Below the pieces are notes generated by a model. It searched no databases. It was not told the origin of the DNA and saw only the letters and a list, made by a program, of their open reading frames with translations. Position numbers and translations under genes: made by a program. This document shows, piece after piece, positions 44,371 through 53,665 of a stretch of 64,000 bases of DNA. The DNA is taken from NCBI GenBank assembly GCA_050251055.1, contig JBFWNL010000001.1:697210-761209 (forward strand), in the 5' to 3' direction. The first letter of the stretch is position 1; each line of letters starts with the position of its first letter. The stretch comes from Bacteriovoracia bacterium. Lineage in GTDB: Bacteria; Bdellovibrionota; UBA1018; JBFWNL01.

Positions 44371-45903
44371 CTAAAGGTCAGGCTTCAACCGGACTTCGAG
44401 CCCGCAATGGCGCACCGGAACCATACCGTTCGTCGGCGGCTGGTCGGAGATCGCGAATTCTCCGTTTAACTGCGTAATGTATTGGACTTTGCCAGGTTCC
44501 GCCGCTGGCCACCCACAACGTTTCAATTCGCGGCCGAGATCGACCACGATGTTCATCGGCTGCTCCCAACCGTATTCGCGACCGGTGAAGACGTACGGAC
44601 GCAGCTCCCCGCTCCAAGGCAGGCACGCCTTCCCGGCCGGGCTGGCCGTCGCTTCATACTTCATCACGAATTCTCCGGCGTACTCGTGCGTCCGATGCAA
44701 GATGCGGCCGCAGTACGCGAGGAGACCAACGATCGCCAAAGCCTGCGCCCCGCGCAGGAGCAGCGGATGGGAAACGCGTGCGCGGACCAGTTCGACCACT
44801 CCGTACAGGCCGAGGAGCACGAAGAACGCGCGCACGAAGACGAGATAAAGGAACATGCGCTGGATGAAATGGTATTTATACAGAATCACCGCCACGGCAG
44901 TGGCGGCAAAAACTCCGATAAAGAACCAAGAAAGCGCGCCCAAGGCGAAGAGCTGGCGTTCCCTAGCGTTCCAGCTCGAACGCCGGCGAAAAAGCACGCA
45001 CACATACGCCATGCCCGCCACCAAGAGGAGGTTGAAAGGCATTGCAAACAATCCGTCTTGCCAGAGCAGGCTGCGCACGGAGTGGATTTGATCCCAGTTC
45101 AGCGGGCCGGCCGCCGAACCGGCGCAGAAACCCGCGTGGCGCGAATAAAAGAGGCCGATGGCGGCAAAAATGGCGCCAGAGATTCCGAAGTATCGGAAGG
45201 CTTTGCGTCCGCCGGAGCCATCCATCACGAGTGAAAGCATTCCGAGTACGAAACAGCACACTCCTACCTGCATCCAGCCGGGGTTGGACGTGAAAGTCAG
45301 CAGAAAGCTTGCACCCGCAAACCAGAGCTTATCTCCACGAGTGATCTCGCCCCAGGACTTCCGGCTAAGACGCACCGTCAGCGCAACTACGAGCATGAAG
45401 AACCCCATCCACAGGGAGTAAGGACGGGTCTCGGTCGTGTAAAAGTGAAAGATCATTCGCTGCCCTACCAGCGCGAGCGCGAATAGCCCGTAAGACCAGC
45501 CTAGCAAAGTTGCGCCGACATAGACCACAGAGGCCATTGCCACGAAGCCCGCCGCGAGCGGTTCTATGCGGTAAGTGAGCAGAATCGAGTCGTCGAAGTC
45601 GCGGGTGCCATGCGAGACCGCGCGCTGGATGATGTGATGGAGCGGCGGAACGTTGCACGCGTTGGGGGCGCCACGGACAAAAAATTTGGAATACGGGTAC
45701 GCGCAGGTATCGTAAATTTCGAAACCCTCGTCCTGCCAAAAGGGCTTGTGCTGCGCGATTCGGGCTTCCTGATAGCTGAGTACGGTCAACATGATCAGAG
45801 TGAGGACGCAGAAGACTGCCGATCGTCGGGACAACCTGAGCTTCGAAATCATAGATATCCGATCTTTACTAGAAAAACTCAGGCGTGGGTACTGGTTGCT
45901 CAA
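44371..45903 (-). CDS. GT-C-fold (ArnT/PMT_2-like) membrane glycosyltransferase
   Basis: 510-aa polytopic ORF. The first loop carries FWQDEGFEIYD (acidic DE motif) and NVPPLHH (compare HPPL). Convergent with the GtrB-like/MTase pair. Confidence 0.6.
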   Translation of the reverse strand: MSNQYPRLSFSSKDRISMISKLRLSRRSAVFCVLTLIMLTVLSYQEARIAQHKPFWQDEGFEIYDTCAYPYSKFFVRGAPNACNVPPLHHIIQRAVSHGTRDFDDSILLTYRIEPLAAGFVAMASVVYVGATLLGWSYGLFALALVGQRMIFHFYTTETRPYSLWMGFFMLVVALTVRLSRKSWGEITRGDKLWFAGASFLLTFTSNPGWMQVGVCCFVLGMLSLVMDGSGGRKAFRYFGISGAIFAAIGLFYSRHAGFCAGSAAGPLNWDQIHSVRSLLWQDGLFAMPFNLLLVAGMAYVCVLFRRRSSWNARERQLFALGALSWFFIGVFAATAVAVILYKYHFIQRMFLYLVFVRAFFVLLGLYGVVELVRARVSHPLLLRGAQALAIVGLLAYCGRILHRTHEYAGEFVMKYEATASPAGKACLPWSGELRPYVFTGREYGWEQPMNIVVDLGRELKRCGWPAAEPGKVQYITQLNGEFAISDQPPTNGMVPVRHCGLEVRLKPDL

Positions 45904-46085
45904 ATCTGCGTAAAATTACCTTAAGCGCGCAACTCAGCGCGGCATGCCGTACCAATCCTTTGAAAACCCTTTCGAAAAACACCTAACAAGCTGCAATCAT
46001 GGTCTGGTGCACCGCTTGATTGGGCACCGGCCAGGCTATAGGATGCGAACGACGGTTTCGTGCTAGGTCTATTGGAGAACACCCA

Positions 46086-49000
46086 CTAGCTTAACGGAGT
46101 AACCCTAAAATCGATTTGCGGTCTAGGGTGCCGATGAAGTGCCCGTAAGAAAGCCGTTGCCTTTTCAATATCGGTAATCAACGCGCAACCGAATTGAACC
46201 GCCGTCCGGCGCACCAGAACGTCCCGGCGGATTTCCGAAGGATCGAAGTTCTTCGGCACATTGATAACCAGATCTACTTGCTTCTTCTGGATGATCTGCC
46301 CGGCGTCGATTTCCCCCGGGCGGCCCTCCCCTGGCCAGGGAACGCTCATCACCTCATAACCTTCACCCTTAAGATGCCGGGCGGTGCCCGGGGTAGCGTA
46401 GATTTTGACGTCCAGTTTCCTGAGAATCTCCATCACCGACAGGAACTTCCGCTTCTCCTCCGCCGTACCCGAGCTCACCAGCACTCCTACTTTGGGCCTC
46501 CGGATGCCGGTCGCCTGCAATGCCAATAAGAGCGCTTCATCCAAATCAGCGCCTACGCAACCCACCTCGCCAGTAGAAGTCATTTCGACGCCCAGAACGG
46601 GATCGGCTCCGGCTAAACGATTGAAGCTGAACATCGCAGCCTTCACCCCAATCCGTTCGGACTTCGTGGGCGGCACGGCTGGGGACCTTCCGATCAGGAC
46701 ATCGGTCGCGTACTGCGCTAACGGAATTTGCGTCACCTTGGAAACGAACGGAAAGGACCGCGAAGCGCGGGCATTGCATTCAATGACCAAAAGTTCGCCG
46801 GCTTTGTGCATGAACTGGATATTAAACGGCCCGTTCAGCCGAAGCTGCGCGCAAATACGCTCGCCCGCGTCTAAAATCCGCACACGCGTCGCTGGGTCTA
46901 TCTTCTGCGGAGGCAGAACCAGGGTCGCGTCGCCCGAGTGAATACCTGCGTTCTCGATATGTTCACTGACCACGGCGGCGATCATGCGTCCGCTCTGTGC
47001 GACGCCATCTAACTCGAGCTCGATGGCGTCGGTAATGAATTCGGACACCACCACGGGATGCTCGGCGGAAACATCCGCAGCAAGCGAAAGCGCCCGCTCC
47101 AACGACGGCCAGTCGTAGACCACGTTCATCGCGGCGCCGGAAAGCACGAAGCTCGGACGCACGATGACGGGGAAACCGGCCTTATCGATAAATGGCTTGA
47201 TGTCGTTCAGCTGGGCCGCCGAGATCCAACGAGGCTGACGAACTTCGGCCTTATCCAGGATATCGGAAAAGATCTGACGGTCCTCCGCCCGGCGAATGGT
47301 CTCAGAGTCGTGACCCAGTATGCGAATCCCCGCAGCCGTCAACGAAGCAGCCAGGCGGTTCGGCAGCTGGCCGCCCATGGAAACCACCACTCCAGTCGGG
47401 GTTTCCAGATCAGCGACATCCAGCACGCGCTCGAAGCTCACCTCGTCGAAGTAGAGGCGGTCAGAGCTGTTGTGGTCCGTCGAGACGGTTTCCGGGTTAC
47501 AATTGAGAACCACACTGCGCCAGCCCTCCGCGCGAAGTCTCTGTGAGCACTCCACCGCACACCAGTCGAACTCCACGCTGGTGCCGATACGATAGGTACC
47601 GCTGCCGAGTACCAACGCGGTCTCAGACTTGCCGTCGGACGCCACCAGGTCATTGAATTGTCCCCCGTACGTCAGATAAAGGTAGTTCGACGTCGAAGGA
47701 TACTCGGCCGCGGTGGTATCGATTTTCTTCACGACCGGCGCGACACCCAAAGCTTTGCGGCGCCGGCGCAAAATCAAGGATGCCTCCCGGATCTCGGTTT
47801 CGGTTGGCATGTCCGGGCCGGTGCGGAGATAAATCCCGGCTATCTGCTCGTCGCTGAAACCCGCAGATTTCCAGCAGCGCCATTGGTCGGGTGTGACCCC
47901 GACGAAATCCAGAGCGAGGTCACCCGTCACCCGCAATGCTTGGAGATCCCGTTCGATCGCCACGATTTTTTCCAGCGAAGCCAGGAACCATTTGTCGATT
48001 CGAGTGAGCTCGAATATCTCTTCGCGCGGATACCCGGCCCTGAAGGCTTGCATCAGCTCCAGCAGACGATTGTCCGTCGCGATCTTCAGGCTCGCGAAAA
48101 GCTCTCCGCGCTCCTTAAATTTCTGCGGCAAACTGAGGCCTTCGGGGCGCTCGGTGACCATGCGAAAGGCTTTCTGCAAGGTCTCCGGAAACGACCGACC
48201 GATGGCCATGACTTCGCCGACGGATTTCATCGCGGAACCGATCGTGCGGTCGGCGCCCCTAAACTTCACTAGGTCCCACCGGGGGATCTTGACGGCAATG
48301 TAATCCAGCGCGGGCTCGTAGAATGCCTTAGTCACGCCCGTGACCGGATTGGTCAACTCGAGTAAGGTATGGCCCAACACGACTTTTGCCGCGATCGCGG
48401 CGATGGGATAGCCGGTCGCCTTGCTCGCGAGCGCGCTCGAACGGGACAGCCGTGCGTTCACTTCGATGACGAAAAATTCCGACGAATCGGGGCTGAGCGC
48501 GTATTGAACGTTGCACTCACCCAGGATCTCGAGGTGCTCGGCGATACGGAAGGCCGCGTTCCGCAGGCGTTGATACTCCTCATCGTCGAGGGTCTGACTT
48601 GGGGCCACGACGATGGAGTCGCCGGTGTGGATCCCCATCGGGTCGAAGTTCTCCATGTTGCAGATCGCGATCGTGTTACCGGCTGTGTCGCGCATGATCT
48701 CGTATTCGATTTCCTTCCACCCACGCAGCGATTTCTCGATCAAGACCTGGGGCGAGGACGCGAGCGCGCTCTCCACGAGGCGGCGAAGCTGCGTTTCGTC
48801 TTCCGCAAACCCGCTGCCTAACCCACCCAAGGCGAAGGCCGCTCGGCAAATCACCGGAAACCCGATGGCGCGTCCGGCGTCCAGTGCCTGATCGACCTCG
48901 GTGACGACCGCGCTGGGTGGCACCGGGATCTCGATCTCGCGCATGGCTTTCGCGAAGAGATCCCGGTCCTCCGTGATGCGTAGGGACCCGAGATCCGTGC

Positions 49001-49367
49001 CCAGATTGCGCAAGTTATAGCGAGAAAACATCCCTTGTTCTTCCATCTTAATGGCGCAATTAAGGGCCGTCTGGCCGCCAAAACCGGCGACGACAGCGTC
49101 CGGTTTCTCGGCCTGGATCACCTTCTCGACCCATTCCGGTTCAACGGGGTAAAGATAGACTTTGGTATGAGGGCGCTGGTTCGTCTGCACCGTGGCGATA
49201 TTCGGGTTCACGATCACCACGTCGATGCTCTCTTCGTGAAATGACTTCAGTGCTTGCGTGCCGGAGTAATCAAACTCCCCGGCTTGCCCGATGGAAAGCC
49301 CGCCGGAGCCTAAGAGCAGGACCTTAGGCCTTCGTCCGAGCTCAAGGAGCCAAGGATGCGCGGGCAT
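46086..49367 (-). CDS. carB: carbamoyl-phosphate synthase large subunit
   Basis: KVLLLGSGGLSIGQAGEFDYSGTQA. Duplicated ATP-grasp halves (second half: LVLGSGTYRIGTSVEFDWC). C-terminal MGS-like domain. The start is taken at ATG 49367 (track start 49400). Confidence 0.96.
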   Translation of the reverse strand: MPAHPWLLELGRRPKVLLLGSGGLSIGQAGEFDYSGTQALKSFHEESIDVVIVNPNIATVQTNQRPHTKVYLYPVEPEWVEKVIQAEKPDAVVAGFGGQTALNCAIKMEEQGMFSRYNLRNLGTDLGSLRITEDRDLFAKAMREIEIPVPPSAVVTEVDQALDAGRAIGFPVICRAAFALGGLGSGFAEDETQLRRLVESALASSPQVLIEKSLRGWKEIEYEIMRDTAGNTIAICNMENFDPMGIHTGDSIVVAPSQTLDDEEYQRLRNAAFRIAEHLEILGECNVQYALSPDSSEFFVIEVNARLSRSSALASKATGYPIAAIAAKVVLGHTLLELTNPVTGVTKAFYEPALDYIAVKIPRWDLVKFRGADRTIGSAMKSVGEVMAIGRSFPETLQKAFRMVTERPEGLSLPQKFKERGELFASLKIATDNRLLELMQAFRAGYPREEIFELTRIDKWFLASLEKIVAIERDLQALRVTGDLALDFVGVTPDQWRCWKSAGFSDEQIAGIYLRTGPDMPTETEIREASLILRRRRKALGVAPVVKKIDTTAAEYPSTSNYLYLTYGGQFNDLVASDGKSETALVLGSGTYRIGTSVEFDWCAVECSQRLRAEGWRSVVLNCNPETVSTDHNSSDRLYFDEVSFERVLDVADLETPTGVVVSMGGQLPNRLAASLTAAGIRILGHDSETIRRAEDRQIFSDILDKAEVRQPRWISAAQLNDIKPFIDKAGFPVIVRPSFVLSGAAMNVVYDWPSLERALSLAADVSAEHPVVVSEFITDAIELELDGVAQSGRMIAAVVSEHIENAGIHSGDATLVLPPQKIDPATRVRILDAGERICAQLRLNGPFNIQFMHKAGELLVIECNARASRSFPFVSKVTQIPLAQYATDVLIGRSPAVPPTKSERIGVKAAMFSFNRLAGADPVLGVEMTSTGEVGCVGADLDEALLLALQATGIRRPKVGVLVSSGTAEEKRKFLSVMEILRKLDVKIYATPGTARHLKGEGYEVMSVPWPGEGRPGEIDAGQIIQKKQVDLVINVPKNFDPSEIRRDVLVRRTAVQFGCALITDIEKATAFLRALHRHPRPQIDFRVTPLS

Positions 49368-50475
49368 GCGTCCTCGCTTCTTCAACAAAATCCCGGACAA
49401 TCCACTCCGTGTCGCGAGGGCCGCCGGCCGCCTCCGGATGGAACTGCACCGACCGGAACGGCTTGGTGCGATGCTTAATGCCTTCGATGGTCCCGTCGTT
49501 TACGTTCTCAAACCAGGTTTCCCATTCGGAGGTCGCAGAAGTGTGCTCGATAACAAAGCCATGATTCTGGCTGGTCATGAACCCACGGTCCGTGCCGGTA
49601 AGCCGCACGGGCTGGTTGTGGCTGCGATGCCCATAAGGCATACGAACCGCACGTCCGCCGGACGCGAGCGCCATGATTTGATGGCCTAGGCAAATCCCGA
49701 GTACGGGACGTGTCCCGCTCAGCAAAACCCGAACCCGAGCGACGAGATCGCCCGTTTTCACCGGATCCCCGGGCCCGTTGCTCAGTATCCAAGCATCGCA
49801 GTCGACCGTACTGAAGTCGGTGTCCCACGGTAGCAGCTCGATTTCGCAGTCGGCCTGGCTCAAGAGCTGGCGGACGATGTTCCACTTCACGCCACAGTCT
49901 ATTACCGCGAGCTTCAAGTTCCCGCTGCCTAAACGTACGCGATCTTTTCGCGACACGGAAGGGAGCAGATTGGTGCCCGTCGGATTGTAAAAACCGTCGC
50001 GGGAATAAAAAGCCGTCGCTTCGGTAGCGCCTTCCGGCTCGATCCGCGCCAACACGGTCCCTTGGCCGCGGATGATATGAACAAGCTGGCGCGTATCTAC
50101 GCCCACAATCCCGGGACAATTCTGGGACCGGAGCCATTCGTCCAGCGACTCCAAGCTGCGCCAATGAAAGGCGTCCGTGCAGTCGCCATGCACGACGACC
50201 GCGGACGCGTGGATGCGCTCGCTCTCGAATGCCCGTGATCCGGTTAAGCCGGTATTTTCGGGGACCCCGTAGTTACCGATCATCGGATAGGCAAATACGA
50301 GTACCTGGCCGTAATAAGAAGGGTCGGTGAGGGTTTCCGCATAACCCACCATGCCGGTCGTAAAAACAAGCTCCCCGCTGGAACGCAAAGGCGCACCGAT
50401 ACTCCAGCCCTCAAAGGAGTCCCCCGTGGCCAAAGTCAGTCGGCAGGGGCTACGTTTTAGCGAATCTCGTTGCAT
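49342..50475 (-). CDS. carA: carbamoyl-phosphate synthase small (glutaminase) subunit
   Basis: LTLATGDSFEGWSIGA...GELVFTTGMVGYAETLTDPSY.GQ...GICLGHQ (catalytic Cys)...HGF...QFHPEA. Confidence 0.95.
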   Translation of the reverse strand: MQRDSLKRSPCRLTLATGDSFEGWSIGAPLRSSGELVFTTGMVGYAETLTDPSYYGQVLVFAYPMIGNYGVPENTGLTGSRAFESERIHASAVVVHGDCTDAFHWRSLESLDEWLRSQNCPGIVGVDTRQLVHIIRGQGTVLARIEPEGATEATAFYSRDGFYNPTGTNLLPSVSRKDRVRLGSGNLKLAVIDCGVKWNIVRQLLSQADCEIELLPWDTDFSTVDCDAWILSNGPGDPVKTGDLVARVRVLLSGTRPVLGICLGHQIMALASGGRAVRMPYGHRSHNQPVRLTGTDRGFMTSQNHGFVIEHTSATSEWETWFENVNDGTIEGIKHRTKPFRSVQFHPEAAGGPRDTEWIVRDFVEEARTHARASLAP

Positions 50476-50546
50476 TAAGGTCTCGGAAAAATCTCGAATT
50501 TTTTGTGACCCCCATAACTATCTTCGGTCGTGGTGGAGCACAAGCG

Positions 50547-50574
50547 TTATTGATTATGACACTCCGCGTATAAT
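50547..50574 (+). promoter_or_regulatory. candidate sigma70-like promoter for the SxtJ-like/carbamoyltransferase operon in the carA-divergent intergenic region
   Basis: A perfect TATAAT at 50569-50574, with TTATTG (50547-50552) 16 nt upstream. It sits about 60 nt upstream of ATG 50634. The promoter consensus of the host organism is unknown. Confidence 0.25.
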
Positions 50575-50633
50575 ACACGATCGGGCGCGCTTTTTTGTGG
50601 TCGTGGCCCGGGAGACTCTTTATATATAAGCCC

Positions 50634-50813
50634 ATGGTTATGGACGTATTTACCGGGATTTTCTTCTACCTCGTTGTCACGCCCCTAGCCCTGCTTATAA
50701 AGCTCTTTCGCCGGGATCCCTTGAAGTTGAAGTTCGACCCGACGGCGGCCAGCTATTGGATCGAGAGGAAGAGCGGAGAACCGAACCCGGAGTCGATGGG
50801 TAAGCAGTTCTAA
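50634..50813 (+). CDS. small single-TM protein resembling the C-terminal part of SxtJ-family proteins that accompany carbamoyltransferases
   Basis: ORF track 50595..50813; likely start is ATG 50634 (MVMDVFTGIFFYLVVTPLALLIKLFRRDPLKLKFDPTAASYWIERKS). Its stop lies 2 nt before the carbamoyltransferase ATG. The SxtJ resemblance (TP..l...l.g.DpL.l.....SYW..R) is from memory. Confidence 0.5.
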   Translation: MVMDVFTGIFFYLVVTPLALLIKLFRRDPLKLKFDPTAASYWIERKSGEPNPESMGKQF

Positions 50814-50815
50814 CG

Positions 50816-52651
50816 ATGAAAATTATCGGAATCTCTGCCTTTTATCACGATAGTGCAGCGGCCCTGATCAAGGACGGCGAGATCATCGCGGCCGCCCAGG
50901 AAGAGCGCTTCACGCGCAAGAAACACGACGCGGGTTTCCCAAGCCACGCCCTCGAGTATTGCCTTGCCGAAGGCAAGCTACGACTGGAAGAAATCGACTA
51001 CGTGGCTTTCTACGACAAACCGCTCCTCAAGTTCGGCCGCCTCTTTCAGACGTACTTGGCCTTCGCGCCTCGCGGTTACGTTTCGTTCCGCAAAGCCATG
51101 CCGCTCTGGATGGGCGAGAAGGTCTTTCAGAAGAAGATGATCCAGGACGAGTTCGCGCGCCGGGCGCCTAAGCTGGACGTCGAAAAGAAACTCCTGTTTT
51201 CCGAGCATCACCTCAGCCACGCCGCGAGCGCCTATTACCCGTCTCCCTTCGACGACGCAATCATCCTAACGATGGACGGCGTGGGGGAATGGGCCACGAC
51301 CTCGTTAGGCCGCGGCACCGGAAATAAGATCGAGATCTCCAAGGAGATCCATTTCCCACATTCACTGGGCCTGCTCTATTCGGCGTTCACTTATTACACC
51401 GGCTTCAAAGTGAACTCTGGCGAGTACAAAGTCATGGGGCTCGCGCCTTACGGCGAGCCTAAGTACGCTCAGAAGATCTTCGATCACCTGATGGATCTGA
51501 AGTCGGACGGCTCGTTCCGGTTGAACCAGGAGTATTTCGACTATTGCACCGGCCTACGCATGACGAACGAAAAGTTCGAACAACTCTTCGGCTTGCCCAC
51601 CCGTAAGTCGGAAGACCGGCTGAACCAGGAACACATGGATCTAGCGGCCTCCGTTCAACACGTGACGGAAGAAGTGGTCTTGCGCCTCACCCGCACGGCG
51701 GCCAAGGAAACCGGCGTCGCGAACCTGTGCTTGGCCGGCGGCGTGGCGCTGAACTGCGTGGCCAACGGAAAAGTCCTGCGCGACGGAAAGTTCAAAAATG
51801 TTTGGATTCAACCCGCGGCCGGTGACGCCGGCGGAGCGCTGGGTGCCGCGCTCGCCGCCCATCACCTGTACTTGAAACAGCCCCGCAAGAGCGATGGCCC
51901 CCTGGACCGGATGCGCGGATCTTACCTCGGACCGGAGTTCGCTCAAGCCGATATCGAACGGCGACTCAAAGAAGTGGGCGCGAAGTTCAAGGTCCTGAAT
52001 GAATCGGAAATCATCGAAGCCTCGGCCCAGGCTTTGGCGGATGAAAAAGCCATCGGTTGGTTCCAAGGACGCATGGAGTTCGGCCCGCGCGCGCTGGGCG
52101 GACGCTCGATCATCGCGGATGCCCGCTCGCCGAAGATGCAATCGGTCTTGAACCTGAAAGTGAAATACCGCGAGTCGTTCCGCCCGTTCGCGCCGTCCGT
52201 CTTGCGCGAAGACGTGGCCGATTGGTTCGAGATGGATTGCGACAGCCCGTACATGCTGCTCGTCGCCGACGTGAAAAAAGCGCGCCGCCGGGCCATGACG
52301 GAGGCGGAGCAGAAGCTCTTCGGCATAGCCAAGCTCAACGTGCCCCGCTCCGATGTTCCGGCCGTGACCCACGTGGACTATTCGGCGCGCGTGCAGACGG
52401 TGCACAAACAGACGAATGGCCGTTACCACGCCCTGATTTCATCGTTTAAAAAGAAAACGGGCTGCCCGGTGATCGTGAACACGAGCTTCAACGTTCGCGG
52501 CGAACCCATCGTTTGCACCCCGGAGGACGCCTTCCGCTGCTTCATGGGCAGCGAAATCGATACCCTCGTGGTGGGCAACTGCTTCCTTTCGAAAGAAGAC
52601 CAAGACCCCGCATTGAAGTTGAACTACAAGGACGCCTTCGAGCTCGATTAG
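50816..52651 (+). CDS. NodU/CmcH/TobZ-family carbamoyltransferase
   Basis: MKIIGISAFYHDSAAALIKDGEIIAAAQEERFTRKKHDAGFP...LTMDGVGEW...CLAGGVALNCVANG...NTSFNVRGEPIV. 611 aa. Confidence 0.92.
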   Translation: MKIIGISAFYHDSAAALIKDGEIIAAAQEERFTRKKHDAGFPSHALEYCLAEGKLRLEEIDYVAFYDKPLLKFGRLFQTYLAFAPRGYVSFRKAMPLWMGEKVFQKKMIQDEFARRAPKLDVEKKLLFSEHHLSHAASAYYPSPFDDAIILTMDGVGEWATTSLGRGTGNKIEISKEIHFPHSLGLLYSAFTYYTGFKVNSGEYKVMGLAPYGEPKYAQKIFDHLMDLKSDGSFRLNQEYFDYCTGLRMTNEKFEQLFGLPTRKSEDRLNQEHMDLAASVQHVTEEVVLRLTRTAAKETGVANLCLAGGVALNCVANGKVLRDGKFKNVWIQPAAGDAGGALGAALAAHHLYLKQPRKSDGPLDRMRGSYLGPEFAQADIERRLKEVGAKFKVLNESEIIEASAQALADEKAIGWFQGRMEFGPRALGGRSIIADARSPKMQSVLNLKVKYRESFRPFAPSVLREDVADWFEMDCDSPYMLLVADVKKARRRAMTEAEQKLFGIAKLNVPRSDVPAVTHVDYSARVQTVHKQTNGRYHALISSFKKKTGCPVIVNTSFNVRGEPIVCTPEDAFRCFMGSEIDTLVVGNCFLSKEDQDPALKLNYKDAFELD

Positions 52652-52672
52652 TCCTGAATTGGGAGAGTATGC

Positions 52673-53665
52673 ATGCTTGGAATGAATGAAACGCGAAATA
52701 TCCTGATCGTAGGTAACGGCCCGATGGCCCAGGAGTATGCGAAGGTATTCCGGGACGGCCTGAAATACACGTTCGATGTCGCGGGCCGCAACCGCGAAAA
52801 CGTCCAGAAGTTCGCGAAAGCGGAGCGCGCCGGCCAAGCCTTCCTCATCGAAGAGCTTTCGCCGCAAATTCTCGCCAAGTACGATTTCGCGGTTTCCACC
52901 ACGTCCCCGGACAGCCTCGAATACGTGACCGAGAAGCTGATCAAAAACGGGATTAAAGCGATCCTGGTGGAAAAACCGGCCGCCCTGAGCCCGGCCGGCT
53001 CGGCCAGCTTGGCCCGGATGATGAAGGAAAAGTTCGTATTCGCGCGCGTGGCCTACAACCGCCGCTACTACCGTTCGGTACAGAAGCTGAAGCATATTTT
53101 GCGCGAAGAAACCCCGATGTGCGCGCACTTCGACTTCACGGAGCTGTCCCGCCAGATCAAAGTGGGGCGTACGCAGGCAACCACCGAGCGCTGGGCGATC
53201 GCGAACTCCTGCCACATCATCGACACCGTGACTTTCCTGCTGGGTCAGTTCCAGATCGAGCATCTCCACGTCTCCGGTCAGAACGAGCTCGACTGGCATC
53301 CGGCCAGCTCGAATTTCGTCGGGTCCGGAAAATGCGGCACAACCCCGGTCTCTTACTCAACGAGCTGGCTCTGCCCGGGCCGCTGGAGCATCGAAATCAT
53401 GACCAAGCAAGGCCGCTACAAGCTTTCGCCCATCGAGCGCCTACAGGTCATGCGCCACGATTCGTTCGAGTGGAAGGAAGTCGACGCCGGCTACGACATC
53501 GACATTCAATACAAGCCGGGCCTGATGGAAGTCGTCCGGTCGTTCGATCAGGCGCGACTGAAAAACGACCCCACGGGCGGTTCCGAAGTCTGTGAGCTTC
53601 CAGACCTCTCGCAGAACGCGAAAATCGCGGAACTCGTCTCGAAGATCGTGGGCTACCCAGTATGA
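52673..53665 (+). CDS. Gfo/Idh/MocA-family oxidoreductase
   Basis: ILIVGNGPMAQEYAKVF (Rossmann) and AILVEKPAAL (EKP motif). Confidence 0.75.
   Translation: MLGMNETRNILIVGNGPMAQEYAKVFRDGLKYTFDVAGRNRENVQKFAKAERAGQAFLIEELSPQILAKYDFAVSTTSPDSLEYVTEKLIKNGIKAILVEKPAALSPAGSASLARMMKEKFVFARVAYNRRYYRSVQKLKHILREETPMCAHFDFTELSRQIKVGRTQATTERWAIANSCHIIDTVTFLLGQFQIEHLHVSGQNELDWHPASSNFVGSGKCGTTPVSYSTSWLCPGRWSIEIMTKQGRYKLSPIERLQVMRHDSFEWKEVDAGYDIDIQYKPGLMEVVRSFDQARLKNDPTGGSEVCELPDLSQNAKIAELVSKIVGYPV

Noticed and set aside
45904-46085. 182-nt gap downstream of carB, checked for a small RNA, riboswitch or terminator. Short stems are present (GGTGC...GCACC and CGCGC-TGAGTT-GCGCG).
   Set aside because: The stems are only 5 bp with no following U-tract, and I recognise no conserved riboswitch motif. 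It is probably just the promoter/spacer region for the GT-C gene.
49368-49400. 11-codon N-terminal extension of carB (MSGILLKKRGR) from the ORF-track start.
   Set aside because: It increases the overlap with carA to 59 nt and precedes the conserved start region. ATG 49367 (MPAHPWLLELGRRPKVLLLGSG) is more consistent with CarB N termini, though the exact start is not certain.
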